From Octopus bimaculoides (taxonomy: Eukaryota): DNA of 64,000 nucleotides. The stretch is taken from assembly GCF_001194135.2 (NCBI RefSeq), contig NC_068983.1, forward strand, positions 122,899,435-122,963,434, in the 5' to 3' direction. The first letter of the stretch is position 1; each line of letters starts with the position of its first letter. A program made the position numbers and the translations under genes. Below are positions 36,284-49,900 of this stretch, piece by piece. The notes below the pieces were generated by a model that saw only the letters and a program-made list of their open reading frames with translations, did not search any database and was not told the DNA's origin.

Positions 36284-39200
36284 AAGGTTTATTACTTTAC
36301 GTACATCAGGGCTTGAGTTGTCAGTTATTTCTGTTTATTTAATTAAAATTATTTAACACTCACTGCTAACATTATTTTGTTTCTCTTCTCCATCCGGAAA
36401 TTCACTTCGCAGCGAAGTTCCTGTTTACAGTTCGTCTGTCATGAATCCTACCCTACATGGCTCCCTCACCCGGCAGAACTGTTGACTGCCATTGGAACCG
36501 GAAAGCTGTTTTAATTGTCCTGCCTATGCGTGTGTTTACTTGGTTCTTTGATGGCAGTTCCTTGACAAGGGTTGGTGTGATCTGACTAGGGCGGCCCCTG
36601 TTTGGTGGTTGGGCTACCTGAACGGGGCTGTCAATATCGAGACGGGCCGGTTTCAACCTATCGATGGAGACTGTGTCGTCCGTCAATTAGGAGTTGGAAT
36701 GATTTATCTACTGAATGTATGAATTGATATGGACCATCATACGGTGACTGGAAGGGTTTTTGTCGAGTGTCACGTCGAACGAATACAAAGTTAGCCGTGC
36801 GGAGGTCGTTTGGTACGGATGATCTGGGTGTACAGTGTGTCGACATGGGAACAGGGCGGAACTGGCCCACGCTGTCTCTCAGTTAAGCGAGGTACCTTTT
36901 GACATCCGGGTCTGACTTCGTATTCGGAGGGAACTCTCCTGGCACTGTAAGACGGGCACCATACACCATTTCCGCGGAGGAAGTGTTGAGATTTTCTTTT
37001 GGGGCAGTGTGGATTCCCAGCATCACCAATGGGAGTTGGTCTGGCTTGTTGACAGGGGATGCAGTTCTTGGTCCAGTCCCCGATTTGCTTGGCCATACCG
37101 TGCCAGATAAATTTGCTTGACAGTAACCGCCGTGTGGCTTTAGTACTTGGGTGGGAAAGTCCGTGAATGACATCGAAAAATTTCTTGCGCCAGGCTGATG
37201 AAACGATCGGTCGTGGCTACCCAGTGGATACGTCACACATTAGGGTTGTGCCGTTAGAGCCAAAGTGTACATCCGGCAAAGAAAGTGATGTGATGGCAGT
37301 GCGGTAGGCCTTGATCTCGTCATCTGTCTGTTGGTTGCAGCTATAGCTTCGTAATCCAGGCTTTCCGTTATTGGTGCTACGTAGGTGTTAGAGCAGGTAG
37401 GAGAGTGCGAGAGAGTGCGTCGGCAACTAGGTTGCCCTTGCCGGCTATGTGTTGGATGTCTGTGGTGAACTCAGAAATGGCCGATAGTTGTCGTTGCTGA
37501 TTGTGCAGACCAAGGCTCTGAGAACTTGCTCATAGGTAAGGTGAGTGGTTTGTGATCTGTGAATATTGTAAACATGCGGCCTTCAAGGAAATAGCGAAAG
37601 TAGAGGACACCTAGATAGACAGCCAGTAGTTCCCGTCGAAAGCATTGTATTTCTGTTCAGGGGGATCATAGCTGTCGACTGAAGAAGGCGCCACTGACTG
37701 TTGATGTGTTGTTCCAAAACGCCCCCAATGGCTGTGTCGGATGCGTCAACTGTGAGTGCAGTTCAAGTTGATATATGAAGATGGGACAGCATGGTTGCTT
37801 GAGCCAGGGCTTGTTTTGTAGATTCGGAGGCTGAAGTCATTGTACTATCCCACTCCACCTGGCTTTTTGAACCCTCTTTTGATAGTGCCTTGCATAGGGG
37901 TTTCATCACTCTTGCTGCAGAAGGAATGAAGCGATGGTAAAAGTTTATCATGCCCACGAATTGGTGTAGAGCCTTGCTTGTGGTGGGGCGTGGAAAGGAT
38001 AGGATAGCTTTCACTTTTTCTGGCAGGGGTGTAGTGCCGGCACTTGTGATTCGATGTCCCAAGAAGTCGATTTCTGTAACACCAAAAACGCACTTGACGG
38101 GGTTGATTACTAAACTATACTGTTCCAGCCTATCAAAAAGAGTCACTAGGTGCTTCTTATGTAGCTCCGCGTTTTGGCTAGCAATAAGGATATTACTAAG
38201 TATGCAAAAGACAAAATCGAGACCTCTGTACACGGTGTCCATCAAGCATTGGAAGGATTGCGTTGCGTTTTTCAGCCCAAAGGGTGTACGTAGGAATTCG
38301 TACAGACTGAAAGGAGTGATCACAGCGGTTTTAGGTATTTGGTGGTATCTTCGGATGAGGTCAACCTTCGAGAAAACGAGCACCCGGCTAGCTAGGCNNN
38401 NNNNNNNNNNNNNNNNNNNNNNNNNNNNNNNNNNNNNNNNNNNNNNNNNNNNNNNNNNNNNNNNNNNNNNNNNNNNNNNNNNNNNNNNNNNNNNNNNNNN
38501 NNNNNNNNNNNNNNNNNNNNNNNNNNNNNNNNNNNNNNNNNNNNNNNNNNNNNNNNNNNNNNNNNNNNNNNNNNNNNNNNNNNNNNNNNNNNNNNNNNNN
38601 NNNNNNNNNNNNNNNNNNNNNNNNNNNNNNNNNNNNNNNNNNNNNNNNNNNNNNNNNNNNNNNNNNNNNNNNNNNNNNNNNNNNNNNNNNNNNNNNNNNN
38701 NNNNNNNNNNNNNNNNNNNNNNNNNNNNNNNNNNNNNNNNNNNNNNNNNNNNNNNNNNNNNNNNNNNNNNNNNNNNNNNNNNNNNNNNNNNNNNNNNNNN
38801 NNNNNNNNNNNNNNNNNNNNNNNNNNNNNNNNNNNNNNNNNNNNNNNNNNNNNNNNNNNNNNNNNNNNNNNNNNNNNNNNNNNNNNNNNNNNNNNNNNNN
38901 NNNNNNNNNNNNNNNNNNNNNNNNNNNNNNNNNNNNNNNNNNNNNNNNNNNNNNNNNNNNNNNNNNNNNNNNNNNNNNNNNNNNNNNNNNNNNNNNNNNN
39001 NNNNNNNNNNNNNNNNNNNNNNNNNNNNNNNNNNNNNNNNNGGTGGGGAACTAATGTCAACAGCTTGTCCATCAGTTTCGAAGGCTTAGAATCGCCTAAT
39101 TCCTCCTCCTGTATCTTGGCTGCCGCTTCTCGTTTACTGCATCGGAATGTATCCACTAGCCTGTTTTTCAATATGGCGTATTTGTGCGTTGGTGAGGGTT

Positions 39201-39691
39201 GGGTTAAAATGTCCAGCACCCTCGATGCCGTATCTTCATCTAGTGCCGCTACAACGTAAAAATATTTCGTTTGGGCGGCCGTTACCTAGTTTATATTGAT
39301 TTGGGCTTCCACCTGCGCGAACCATAGTTCAGCCCTCTTAGGCCAGAATTGTGGTAGCCTCTGTTGTTTTGTCGCTTGCCATGTTTGTCTCGATAGCGAG
39401 TGCTGTTGTTCTATCGTCAGGGATCACCAGTCATAGCTTTGTTAAGCTATACACAAACAAACTAGTGGAGACGAAAATGTATTTATCAAAGGTTTATTAT
39501 TTTAAGTACATCAGGGCTTAGGTCGCCAGTTATTTCTGTTTATTTAATTCAGATTCATTTAACACTCACTGCTAAAATTATATTTTTTTCCATTCTCCAT
39601 CCGAAAGTCCACTTCGCTGTCGACCAATTCCTTAGCTAGCCCGCAGCGAAGTTCCTGTCTACAGTTCGTCTGTCATGAATCCTTCCCTACA
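36284..39691 (-). mobile_element. Gypsy LTR retrotransposon (CsRn1-like), near full length with deletions and an N gap
   Basis: LTR copies at about 36284-36457 and 39430-39691 both starting TGTAGGG on minus; PBS-like TGGTGATCCCTGACG (39428-39414); purine tract before the 3' LTR; gag from 39382 (LPQFWPKRAELWF); RT FSKVDLIRRYHQIP, RNase H, integrase remnant, YDGPY and IDRLKPA tail. Confidence 0.92.
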
Positions 39692-40935
39692 AGGGTGTAT
39701 CTAATATATTATACCCATATCCCAAATCTGAGCCCTTGTGTCTGTATCAGGATCAATATTATCTGCTGACTAGGATCTTTTTTCACTTTCATCGGCAGAT
39801 CGAGAAATTAATTTTTTCTAACTAAACACTTTCAAACTTCGAACACTGGTAGAATGTGTCATATAAAACATATTTTACTCTTAGCGTTGTTGAAACAAGT
39901 TTCTATTTACAAAGTTATTTCGTGTTAAAGTTGTCGTATTTCTGTAATTTCAACCAATCAATGACGTGTATTGACGTGTATCGTGACCAAATGTACATTC
40001 AGTAAAAGTCATATAATTTATGAGAGTAGTTTCTATTCCACTAACCATCTTATAACAGAACCACTTCAAATCAGCTATCATAAAAGTAATAGCAGCTTTT
40101 GGGGATTAAAATATTTCTAACCATTTAATAGTACCGTCTAGCAACCCCAACTTATTTCGGTTTTGTCTGTGAAGTGTGGGAGTGTGAAGGCATTTACTGG
40201 TTTAGCTATATATTATTAATAGGATGGAGACAGCTGCTTATTACAAAGATATCGAAATAACAAAGAATAAGATATTAAAAAAAAACTATCATCACTGAAG
40301 TGTTTATCAGCGAATTAGCCTGTATACAAAAGCAAAAGATTTTCTAGAGAATAATCGCTAAATTAATATTTCTCACATTTGATACAAATATTAAACCGGA
40401 AACCACTGAGCTTTCCAAGCAGTGGAGTAGTGGGTAATTTTGTGTGTGTGTGTGTGTGTGTATGTGTNNNNNNNNNNNNNNNNNNNNNNNNNNNNNNNNN
40501 NNNNNNNNNNNNNNNNNNNNNNNNNNNNNNNNNNNNNNNNNNNNNNNNNNNNNNNNNNNNNNNNNNNNNNNNNNNNNNNNNNNNNNNNNNNNNNNNNNNN
40601 NNNNNNNNNNNNNNNNNNNNNNNNNNNNNNNNNNNNNNNNNNNNNNNNNNNNNNNNNNNNNNNNNNNNNNNNNNNNNNNNNNNNNNNNNNNNNNNNNNNN
40701 NNNNNNNNNNNNNNNNNNNNNNNNNNNNNNNNNNNNNNNNNNNNNNNNNNNNNNNNNNNNNNNNNNNNNNNNNNNNNNNNNNNNNNNNNNNNNNNNNNNN
40801 NNNNNNNNNNNNNNNNNNNNNNNNNNNNNNNNNNNNNNNNNNNNNNNNNNNNNNNNNNNNNNNNNNNNNNNNNNNNNNNNNNNNNNNNNNNNNNNNNNNN
40901 NNNNNNNNNNNNNNNNNNNNNNNNNNNNNNNNNNN

Positions 40936-41018
40936 CATAACTGCACGCTCAAACATACAGACATACACATACACACACATACACATACATATATGTGTGT
41001 GTAAATATATAAATATGC

Positions 41019-41078
<60 letters not shown>

Positions 41079-41448
41079 AGAAAGAGAGAGAGAGAAAGAG
41101 AGAGAGATAAACACACACACACACACACATACACACACACACATACACACACACATACACACACACACATACACACACACACACACACACATGAACTGCA
41201 AACTTATGGGAAGTTATTTGCGAAAATGTGTATCGATAATTGTTCACAACCATGGTATGTATTTACCTAACTCCATTCGAAAGAACTCAGTTAGTTTGGT
41301 GAAAGAGCTCTGTAATGCCAAATCCAAACAATCGAAGTTACTGACAAAATGTTGTTAAAAAGTATACACCATCAACTGGATTTCATCATAAAGCAGTTAC
41401 ATATTAATAGAGAAATAAGATATCACGCATGCACGCACNNNNNNNNNN

Positions 41449-41493
<45 letters not shown>

Positions 41494-41868
41494 GATATCT
41501 AAAACTTGCTAACTTCAGGTCACGCCACAAACTAGGAGTCTGTAAATGCATTTGTCTCTATGCAGACCATCAAGTGTTTCTGTTGTTTCTTTATTTGTAT
41601 ATATTTGTTTTACTATTTGCTAATACATGTTTTGATAGCTGTCACGCGACGACCCGCGTTAGAATAATATACATGTCAATTAGATTTATTAAATCATATC
41701 TTTGTGAATTGTGTATATATACGTTTTATATAAACATACCAAGATAAAAATCTCATTGCTTAAGTATAGTAATGAAAACTTGATTCATAACTGCACGCTC
41801 AAACATACAGACATACACATACACACACATACACATACATATATGTGTGTGTAAATATATAAATATGC

Positions 41869-41936
<68 letters not shown>

Positions 41937-42009
41937 AGAAAGAGAGAGAGAGAGAGAAAGAGAGAGAGATAAACACACACACACACACATACACACACAC
42001 ACATACACA
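40936..42009. repeat. Gap-flanking duplicate of a (GATA)n/(GA)n/(CA)n block
   Basis: 40936-41190 is near-identical to 41786-42009; each abuts an N gap. Confidence 0.85.
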
Positions 42010-42839
42010 NNNNNNNNNNNNNNNNNNNNNNNNNNNNNNNNNNNNNNNNNNNNNNNNNNNNNNNNNNNNNNNNNNNNNNNNNNNNNNNNNNNNNNNNNNN
42101 NNNNNNNNNNNNNNNNNNNNNNNNNNNNNNNNNNNNNNNNNNNNNNNNNNNNNNNNNNNNNNNNNNNNNNNNNNNNNNNNNNNNNNNNNNNNNNNNNNNN
42201 NNNNNNNNNNNNNNNNNNNNNNNNNNNNNNNNNNNNNNNNNNNNNNNNNNNNNNNNNNNNNNNNNNNNNNNNNNNNNNNNNNNNNNNNNNNNNNNNNNNN
42301 NNNNNNNNNNNNNNNNNNNNNNNNNNNNNNNNNNNNNNNNNNNNNNNNNNNNNNNNNNNNNNNNNNNNNNNNNNNNNNNNNNNNNNNNNNNNNNNNNNNN
42401 NNNNNNNNNNNNNNNNNNNNNNNNNNNNNNNNNNNNNNNNNNNNNNNNNNNNNNNNNNNNNNNNNNNNNNNNNNNNNNNNNNNNNNNNNNNNNNNNNNNN
42501 NNNNNNNNNNNNNNNNNNNNNNNNNNNNNNNNNNNNNNNNNNNNNCATACACACACGCACACACACAAACACGCTCACAGAAACACACACACACACACAC
42601 ACACACATTTCCTTTATTGAACCCTCAAATACTGATAGGGTTACAGAAGCACTGTTGTGACAAATGGCACGGGTCGAGCCACACAACTTGGAGGAGTCTA
42701 TATCTCTCCTTGTTCTTGGTTTCTTTCAGATGGAAAAGAAGAATCGATCGCAATACTGGTACATAAGATTTTCAACACCGAAAGGCGAAGGTGACCGCTT
42801 TTCGATTTGAACTCAGAAAAGTGAGCCAGAATTTTTTTT

Positions 42840-43330
42840 CAACTGAGGACCACATATAAACACTTAGCCCTACCAAACTCCATTCCTTTACTACGTGAGA
42901 ATGTTGTGACCAATTCATCAACAAAAAAGATGCTTGTGACATTAATGTTTTTATCTCCTGTGAATCCTATCATATAGCTTTTATATTTCCTTAACAGGGT
43001 TGACTGCTGGAAAGAAGATAAGCTTTCACCCTGGAATATTCCTGATAACCTAATTCTGTTAGTATCCATAGCGATAGCTTTGACTCTTATTGATAGTTTT
43101 GTGGACTGTGTTGTTGTTAGTTTCTAAATGCTATCGACTCTAGCAGCTGGAGGCTTAGTAAGATATAAAGACAGTTTATCCGTACAGTCAATACTGTTTC
43201 GTTTCCTTAAGGACAGCTTTGTTGGTGTGGGGTTATTCGGCACAAGTTCTTTTCCTCCAGCTTACTCTTCAGTTCTATTGCGTAGGTGGTAAGAAATGTA
43301 ACTATTGATTTGGTAAGTGATATTGTACAT
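42840..43330 (-). mobile_element. R4-like RT fragment
   Basis: RLSGIFQGESLS ... FFVDEL (decayed RT motifs). Confidence 0.6.
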
Positions 43331-43414
43331 CCGTTGCTTGGAACCAAGTGAGCCAGATTGCTTGAAGCCAGATTTAAGTAGTGGAAGAGTCTTGCAGATG
43401 TAGCTGTTTACGGG

Positions 43415-43447
<33 letters not shown>

Positions 43448-43695
43448 NNNNNNNNNNNNNNNNNNNNNNNNNNNNNNNNNNNNNNNNNNNNNNNNNNNNN
43501 NNNNNNNNNNNNNNNNNNNNNNNNNNNNNNNNNNNNNNNNNNNNNNNNNNNNNNNNNNNNNNNNNNNNNNNNNNNNNNNNNNNNNNNNNNNNNNNNNNNN
43601 NNNNNNNNNNNNNNNNNNNNNNNNNNNNNNNNNNNNNNNNNNNNNNNNNNNNNNNNNNNNNNNNNNNNNNNNNNNNNNNNNNNNNNNNNNNNNNN

Positions 43696-43731
<36 letters not shown>

Positions 43732-44005
43732 CTGTATATATATGAACCGTAAACAGCTACGGCTGCAAAGCGCGTGGGCATACACACACATACACATATG
43801 AAGGATATGGTATTGAGTCTGAATCTTCTTGACGGTAAGGTAACCCGAGTCAATCGTGCGTGTGTGTTTGTATACATGCATGCATATATACACACATACA
43901 ATTGTCTAAAAATCCATGAGTTAGAGAAAAAAAGAACAGACATTTATGAGTGGGTATCTTTTATATATATATAGATTGTATTAATATAATATATAATATA
44001 ATCTA

Positions 44006-44782
44006 TTGCCTAATTTGTCTCAACAAAAATTATGCAATGGTACAACACTAATTGTTTATAAACCTATTAGGAACTGCATTGAGGCAAATATTCTCACTGG
44101 TTGTGGTAAAGGTGACACCGTCTTCGCTTCTTGCATACCAGTTATACCATCTAATATCCCATTCCAATTTAAGCCGTTACACTTTCCTATCCCACTTTCT
44201 TTGCCATGAGCATTAATTAAACTCAAGGTCAAACACTAAAAGTTGCCGGATTGCAACTTGAAGAACAAACAGAAGTTCGTATATGAAATCCATATTTTTT
44301 CTACTACATGTTTTTCTCTTATATAATACAGGACGAGTAAGTCTAAATCTGTGGTCGTAATCTCACTCTGGTTCATATTCGAAACTGAATTTTTCAAATA
44401 TCCTTGGGCGTACGGCCTATTCAAATGTTAAAAGAAATCGTGGCAAAGGAGTCTTCCACTTCACATGTGGCTTTCTTCTCACTGCCATCACACAATCATT
44501 TGGATTCTGTAAAGCTATTCTTCTATATGATATAGCTATTTTTCTAGCTTCATTGACGTTCAAACTGAATCTTTCGATTCTCCTTTGGCATAACGCCTGT
44601 TCAAACGTCAAAAGGAACAGTGACAAATGGATGTTCCACTTGACCTGTAGCCTTTTCAGTGCCATCGTAGTCACCTGGATTCCGTAAAACTATTCTTCTA
44701 TATGATATACCCATTTTTCTAGCTTCTCGGCCCGAAAAACAGTAAAAGTTATGACCCGATCAACGACGCGTATTACTGCTAG
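44006..44782 (+). mobile_element. Helitron 3' fragment
   Basis: PIF1-type helicase remnant NLSQQKLCNGTTL...ILTGCGKGDTVF...FQFKPLHFP...AMSIN*TQGQTL; terminal decayed hairpin then CTAG (44779-44782) followed by T. Confidence 0.85.
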
Positions 44783-45437
44783 TTATTAATAAAATACAAT
44801 ATTATATTCTCATATCCACCAATATAGTAATCGGTTTCATGCCAGGAGTTGAGAAAACCCCAGCGATCAACAGAAACGACTGAAAGGAATGGTATGACGT
44901 ATGTTTTTTGCCACTGAAGGTCTGGAAAACAGCGAAATTTCTTAGATCAAAAACTCAGAGGGAAACTTATCTTTTTCTTTCCAAAAACTTTAAAACTTTG
45001 AAATTTCATAACTCTGAAGTTTTTGGAAAATAATGTTTTTGAGTCTTTTAGATATTTTGAGATTTTGTGAATTATTCTATAAAAACTATTTTTGAAGGTA
45101 TTTTGAAGTTTGTGAAGCTTTTTAAAATTATTTTCTTTAAGCGATTTTTGAGATTTCTTTGAAAAGAATTTCCTTGTCTTGTTTTTAACTTCTTGTAACT
45201 TCTTTTAACTCCCCCTCAATTATTCAGTCACAGCATCTCATCCTCCTACTAAAGGTGTTACCTTGTCGTCTTACTATACTATCTTTTTCTTAGTTCACTG
45301 GAATTTTATCCCTTGGATTGGATGCAAGTACATCACCCCGTTATAGAAGGGGTCCATGGATTTTCGAATTCGCTGGAACGTGATTATGTGAGTTGTCCTT
45401 TTTTGTATTGCCTTCATGGTGTCTTTCGTGTCGTGGA

Positions 45438-45525
45438 GCATCCTGATGAGGGGAGTGTCTGGTTCCTTTAAAATATGAAATCCATGTCATATTAACTGAC
45501 ACGTCTCCGAAACGGCCCGTCGATG
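45438..45525 (+). ncRNA. Type I hammerhead ribozyme
   Basis: CAUC-CUGAUGA-GGGGAGUGUC-(38 nt)-GACACGUCUCC-GAAAC-GGCCC-GUC^GAUG; all core nucleotides present, stem I 4 bp, stem II 10 bp with one bulge, stem III 3 bp, GUC site. Confidence 0.8.
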
Positions 45526-46250
45526 AAACTTTTGGATCCATTGAACATTGTCTCTAATTTTAGTATATCCGTTTAAGGCTTTAAAATGTCTTTCTACTTT
45601 CCACACACTTTGTGTTGTAACTTGAAATCTTTAGTCCTTATAACAAATCCTATGAACTTATAATTTACTATATCCTATTTCATATCGAGGTCTTCTATTT
45701 TAAAATGCCTATGTATTTATAAATGTTTTTATATATTTTTAAATATCTAAGTGTTTTTAAATATTCTATGTGCTTGTGTTGTGACCTCTAAATTTTGATT
45801 CCTCTATAGTATATCGTGTGAATTTATAATTCACTATGTTTTATATAATATCGACGTTTTTATATCTTATTATTTGTGTATTTTGTACTTATTTTACTTA
45901 TATATGTTTTAAAATGCCTTTGTATTTATAAATGTTTTTAAATATTTTTAGATATTTGCGGGCTTATAAAAATATGAATTTGTCTATATGCTTGTATGTT
46001 ATTAATACTTCTATTAAGTTGAGCTTTATGTTGCTTTATTGATATCGAAGTAAGTGTGCATATATATTGAATATTCTGCTGGATAATAGGTCATGTTCCT
46101 CTAGTTTTCGGCTCGTATTGCCTCCACTCAAATTATATATATATAAATATATATAAACCCCACACGTGTATACACATACNNNNNNNNNNGGATATAGATG
46201 CATATACACGTGTATATATGCGTGTATACACACACATCACATACACGCAT

Positions 46251-46284
<34 letters not shown>

Positions 46285-46526
46285 GCCCCACCCATATGTA
46301 TATATGCACATTAATAGGGTCTAGTCTTTCTCATTCGCAAAATGAGCCCCCTTTAATTTTGCTCAGAATGCCTTCAATTTTGGTGTATCGATGCATCTCT
46401 GAATTTTGATTACGATCAACCAATTACTTTATCTCGTAAATTAAAGAATCTGATGTTATTTGGAATTAAAGTTGGGAAATTTGGGTAATTTTAGCTAATC
46501 AACAGAGAGCGAGGCATTAACAGCTT

Positions 46527-46540
46527 GTTACCATGACAAC
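46527..46540. promoter_or_regulatory. RFX X-box-like motif
   Basis: GTTACCATGACAAC fits GTHNYY-AT-RRNAAC; lies in a small CpG-containing patch. Confidence 0.35.
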
Positions 46541-46958
46541 TGCACGTTGGGTTGTGTGTTCACCCGCACGTGTTGATTCTTCACACTTCGAGATTTACTT
46601 CCCCCGCGTGTTTTGTTTTAATAAAAATTATATTTATCAATTAGAATTTTATTAGAGATGCCTTTCGTCAGTTGTCTTAATATTTTACATATATTTCCTA
46701 TACAGCAAGTTGTTTGCGATGTTTATACAGTTTCTTGGCATTATGAAGGTGAATGNNNNNNNNNNATATATATTGAATATTCTGCTGGATAATAGGTCAT
46801 GTTCCTCTAGTTTTCGGCTCGTATTGCCTCCACTCAAATTATATATATATAAATATATATAAACCCCACACGTGTATACACATACATTTATATGCATGGA
46901 TATAGATGCATATACACGTGTATATATGCGTGTATACACACACATCACATACACGCAT

Positions 46959-46992
<34 letters not shown>

Positions 46993-49900
46993 GCCCCACC
47001 CATATGTATATATGCACATTAATAGGGTCTAGTCTTTCNNNNNNNNNNTGAAGTTTTGGAGACAGACGCCCCCTTTTCACACACACACACACACATACAC
47101 ACACACGCGCGCACGCACATGCAACCTTAAAGTTGACACCGCTCCGCTAAACACAATTTTTTCGATTTTTAAACCTCTGCAACTTTTTCCTCCAATTTAG
47201 TTTTCTCCATAACGTCATACCTTCATAAAAATTAGACTGTAACAGTTTATTATTATATCCAATTTTCAGATTTTTTACTCTCTTTAAAAAATGCATATTT
47301 TGCGAATGAAAAAAAAACTAGATCCCATTTATATACATGGATACAGATACTTCTACAAGTATACCTTTTTATAGGCATACACCATCATTAGTAGAGTGGT
47401 GTCGTCTTCTAACTGTTTATGAATGTCACTTGTGATATCTATGTATTAGATTCATACGTGTGTGTGTGCTATGAGATCCTCTCCTCTGTAATCAGAATTC
47501 TGTAACTTGATCTAATTGTAAATAGAGATATTGTGCGCCCAGCGTTGTGGTTGTAAAATGTTTCTGTAATGTTGCGAGAACGTCTAGATAAAATCTAGTT
47601 CCATAAAGACAAATTTTAAGATTACCAATTATGTGTTGTTTATTTTGTATCATGTTTATTAATTTTATTTTCGTATGTGAAAGAATCATAAATGCATTTT
47701 GTGCGAAGTTTGCTGTTGTCATTGTTATTATTCCGAAATGTGTATTTTTGTCATGTTTCTGTAAACGATGTTATTTGATTGCGTTTTTGTCAGTATTTTC
47801 CAAAACATTTACATTTACATGGGGGTTTTAAGTTAGTTTCATGCTGGGATTTGCTTTTGTCGTATTTTGATGACGTCACCACGTGAAGAAAATATTTCTG
47901 TGATGAACTTATACAGTGCGACCGACATTAAAACTGTGACCATCCTTCTCTTCTGAGATGCATTCAGGATTACTTTATACAGTATATTTAACTGTTTTAA
48001 AGATGGTTGAGCAAAAATTGGAATAGAGTTGGCCACAAGTTTTGCAAGCCAGACTGTGTGGATGCTTCTTTGTTGGCCTGTACATAAAAGATACTATTTA
48101 ATTTGTGAACAACTAGTAGCGTAACTGTATTAAACGTGGGTACAAACAAGATATTGGTAATATTTCCAGTTACTATTAGTAATTACTTCTTTCTATTATG
48201 AATTTCATCTTTTTTAGAACACTCATTAAAGCAGTTTGAATAAATTTAATTCCAAATGTTCTGATGTATTGTTAATAAATTTGTTGTGGGTGGTCGCTAA
48301 ATCAGCATAGAAAACTCTTTTATGGAACGCAGAATTATTACAATAAGTAAGGAAACGATTCACAAAATAATCGCAGACAATTGTATGTATGGTCATTATG
48401 TAAAATACATTAAATATTATTGTTAAACGACTGGGATGATTATCTCCGTGCCTTTGCGTGATAAACTCATACAGAACACTGTTACAGGTGCTGAAGTGTC
48501 CTTCACAGCAGTCATTTGAATTTTGTTTTCCTTTTTTTTTTCTCAAAAGCTACATTTATTTTGCATGCATTTTTTGTTTGCCTTTATTCAGTGATAGAGA
48601 ACGAGCTAAGTTGTCCCAAAAGTAATCGATCTTATAACTATAAAATACCGATTAACGTGCTCTGGTAGAAGTTCCCTCTTCGCATTATTTCCTGCAGTGG
48701 TCAGGCTGGGCATCAATTTCTATAATCTAGGAGAATCTGCAACATTATAGAAGGTTACCATGCCTCTCTTAATCAACCTACGAAAAAAGAAAAAAAAATG
48801 TCTAACATCGTCATATTATATGAAATATTGGAATAGAATCTGAAGTCAACCAATCAGAAACACGACCATTAGAGAAAGCAATAACGATTTTGTTAATAAT
48901 TACATCTATTGTCATTGCATTTAATAACACATTTCGATTCTTTGACTTTCTGATTGTCTTCAGACGCCTCTTAAGTATATATTCGAAGAAGAATAAAATA
49001 TAATTAAAAAAATATATGAATTCTTTATAGCGAGTATTTATCTCATGAAAGATCGTGTACGGAAGAAACTTGGTTAAATTTACCTTTTGAGTTGAAATCC
49101 CACCGGAGTTGACCTTTCGTTTGATCCTCCCTGTTCTATATAAATCAGTACTTGGCAAGCATTATTATCTAATACATTCCTTTTCTGAAATATTTTTGAT
49201 TATGTGCCAATGTTAGAAATCAATATTAATTTTCCAGAAAGGCTCCTCAAAAATGCTCAGTAGAAATTTAGTAATTTTCCTGAAGGTTACCTGCATAAAA
49301 AGCAGTTAAATTTTAATATACTACAATAATGTCGTTTGATTTTTTTTCATTCATCAATTCATATTGCTTTATTTTTTTCTTTAAATATTAATTTTGTAAG
49401 AATATTAATTTTTACGAAGCTCTATAAATAAAATGTCGTTCTTCTGTAACTAATGAATAAATTGAAAAGTGAATGTTGTTCTAGTGAAAAATCAGTATTT
49501 GATTTCCCCACTTCGATAAATATCAAGTAATGCTACTACGATGATAACAGAATTAAAAGGAAATATTTATTAGCTATTTTCTTTAAATGCTTTTCGTTTT
49601 TCTTAGAATCAATTAGTTAAAATTTAGTCGGTATGCAGTCGGCTAGAATGGTAACTTTTTTAACAGGATATTGCAGACTGAAACAGCATTTGTACGCTTC
49701 AGTTTTCTTTTTTTTTTATACACGACAATTTCTCATAGCGATTACTTTTGACGTGTCACAAAGGCGCTATATATGTAGAGATTAGAAGGTAGGAAAAGTA
49801 AAGAGGTAGAATATTTTCACTTAGACATGAGAACTCCCTACGAAATTGGTTTATCAGAAGTTTTAAAATTTTCCTACTGTGCTTGCAGCCTAATTTGTAA

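Noticed and set aside
40936-42009. Biological tandem duplication of the GATA/CA block
   Set aside because: Near-identical copies each adjoining an N gap are best explained by scaffolding redundancy
29150-43330. One large fragmented R4 element made of the 29.1, 34.7 and 42.8 kb pieces
   Set aside because: Domain order along the minus strand is inconsistent, so they are separate copies
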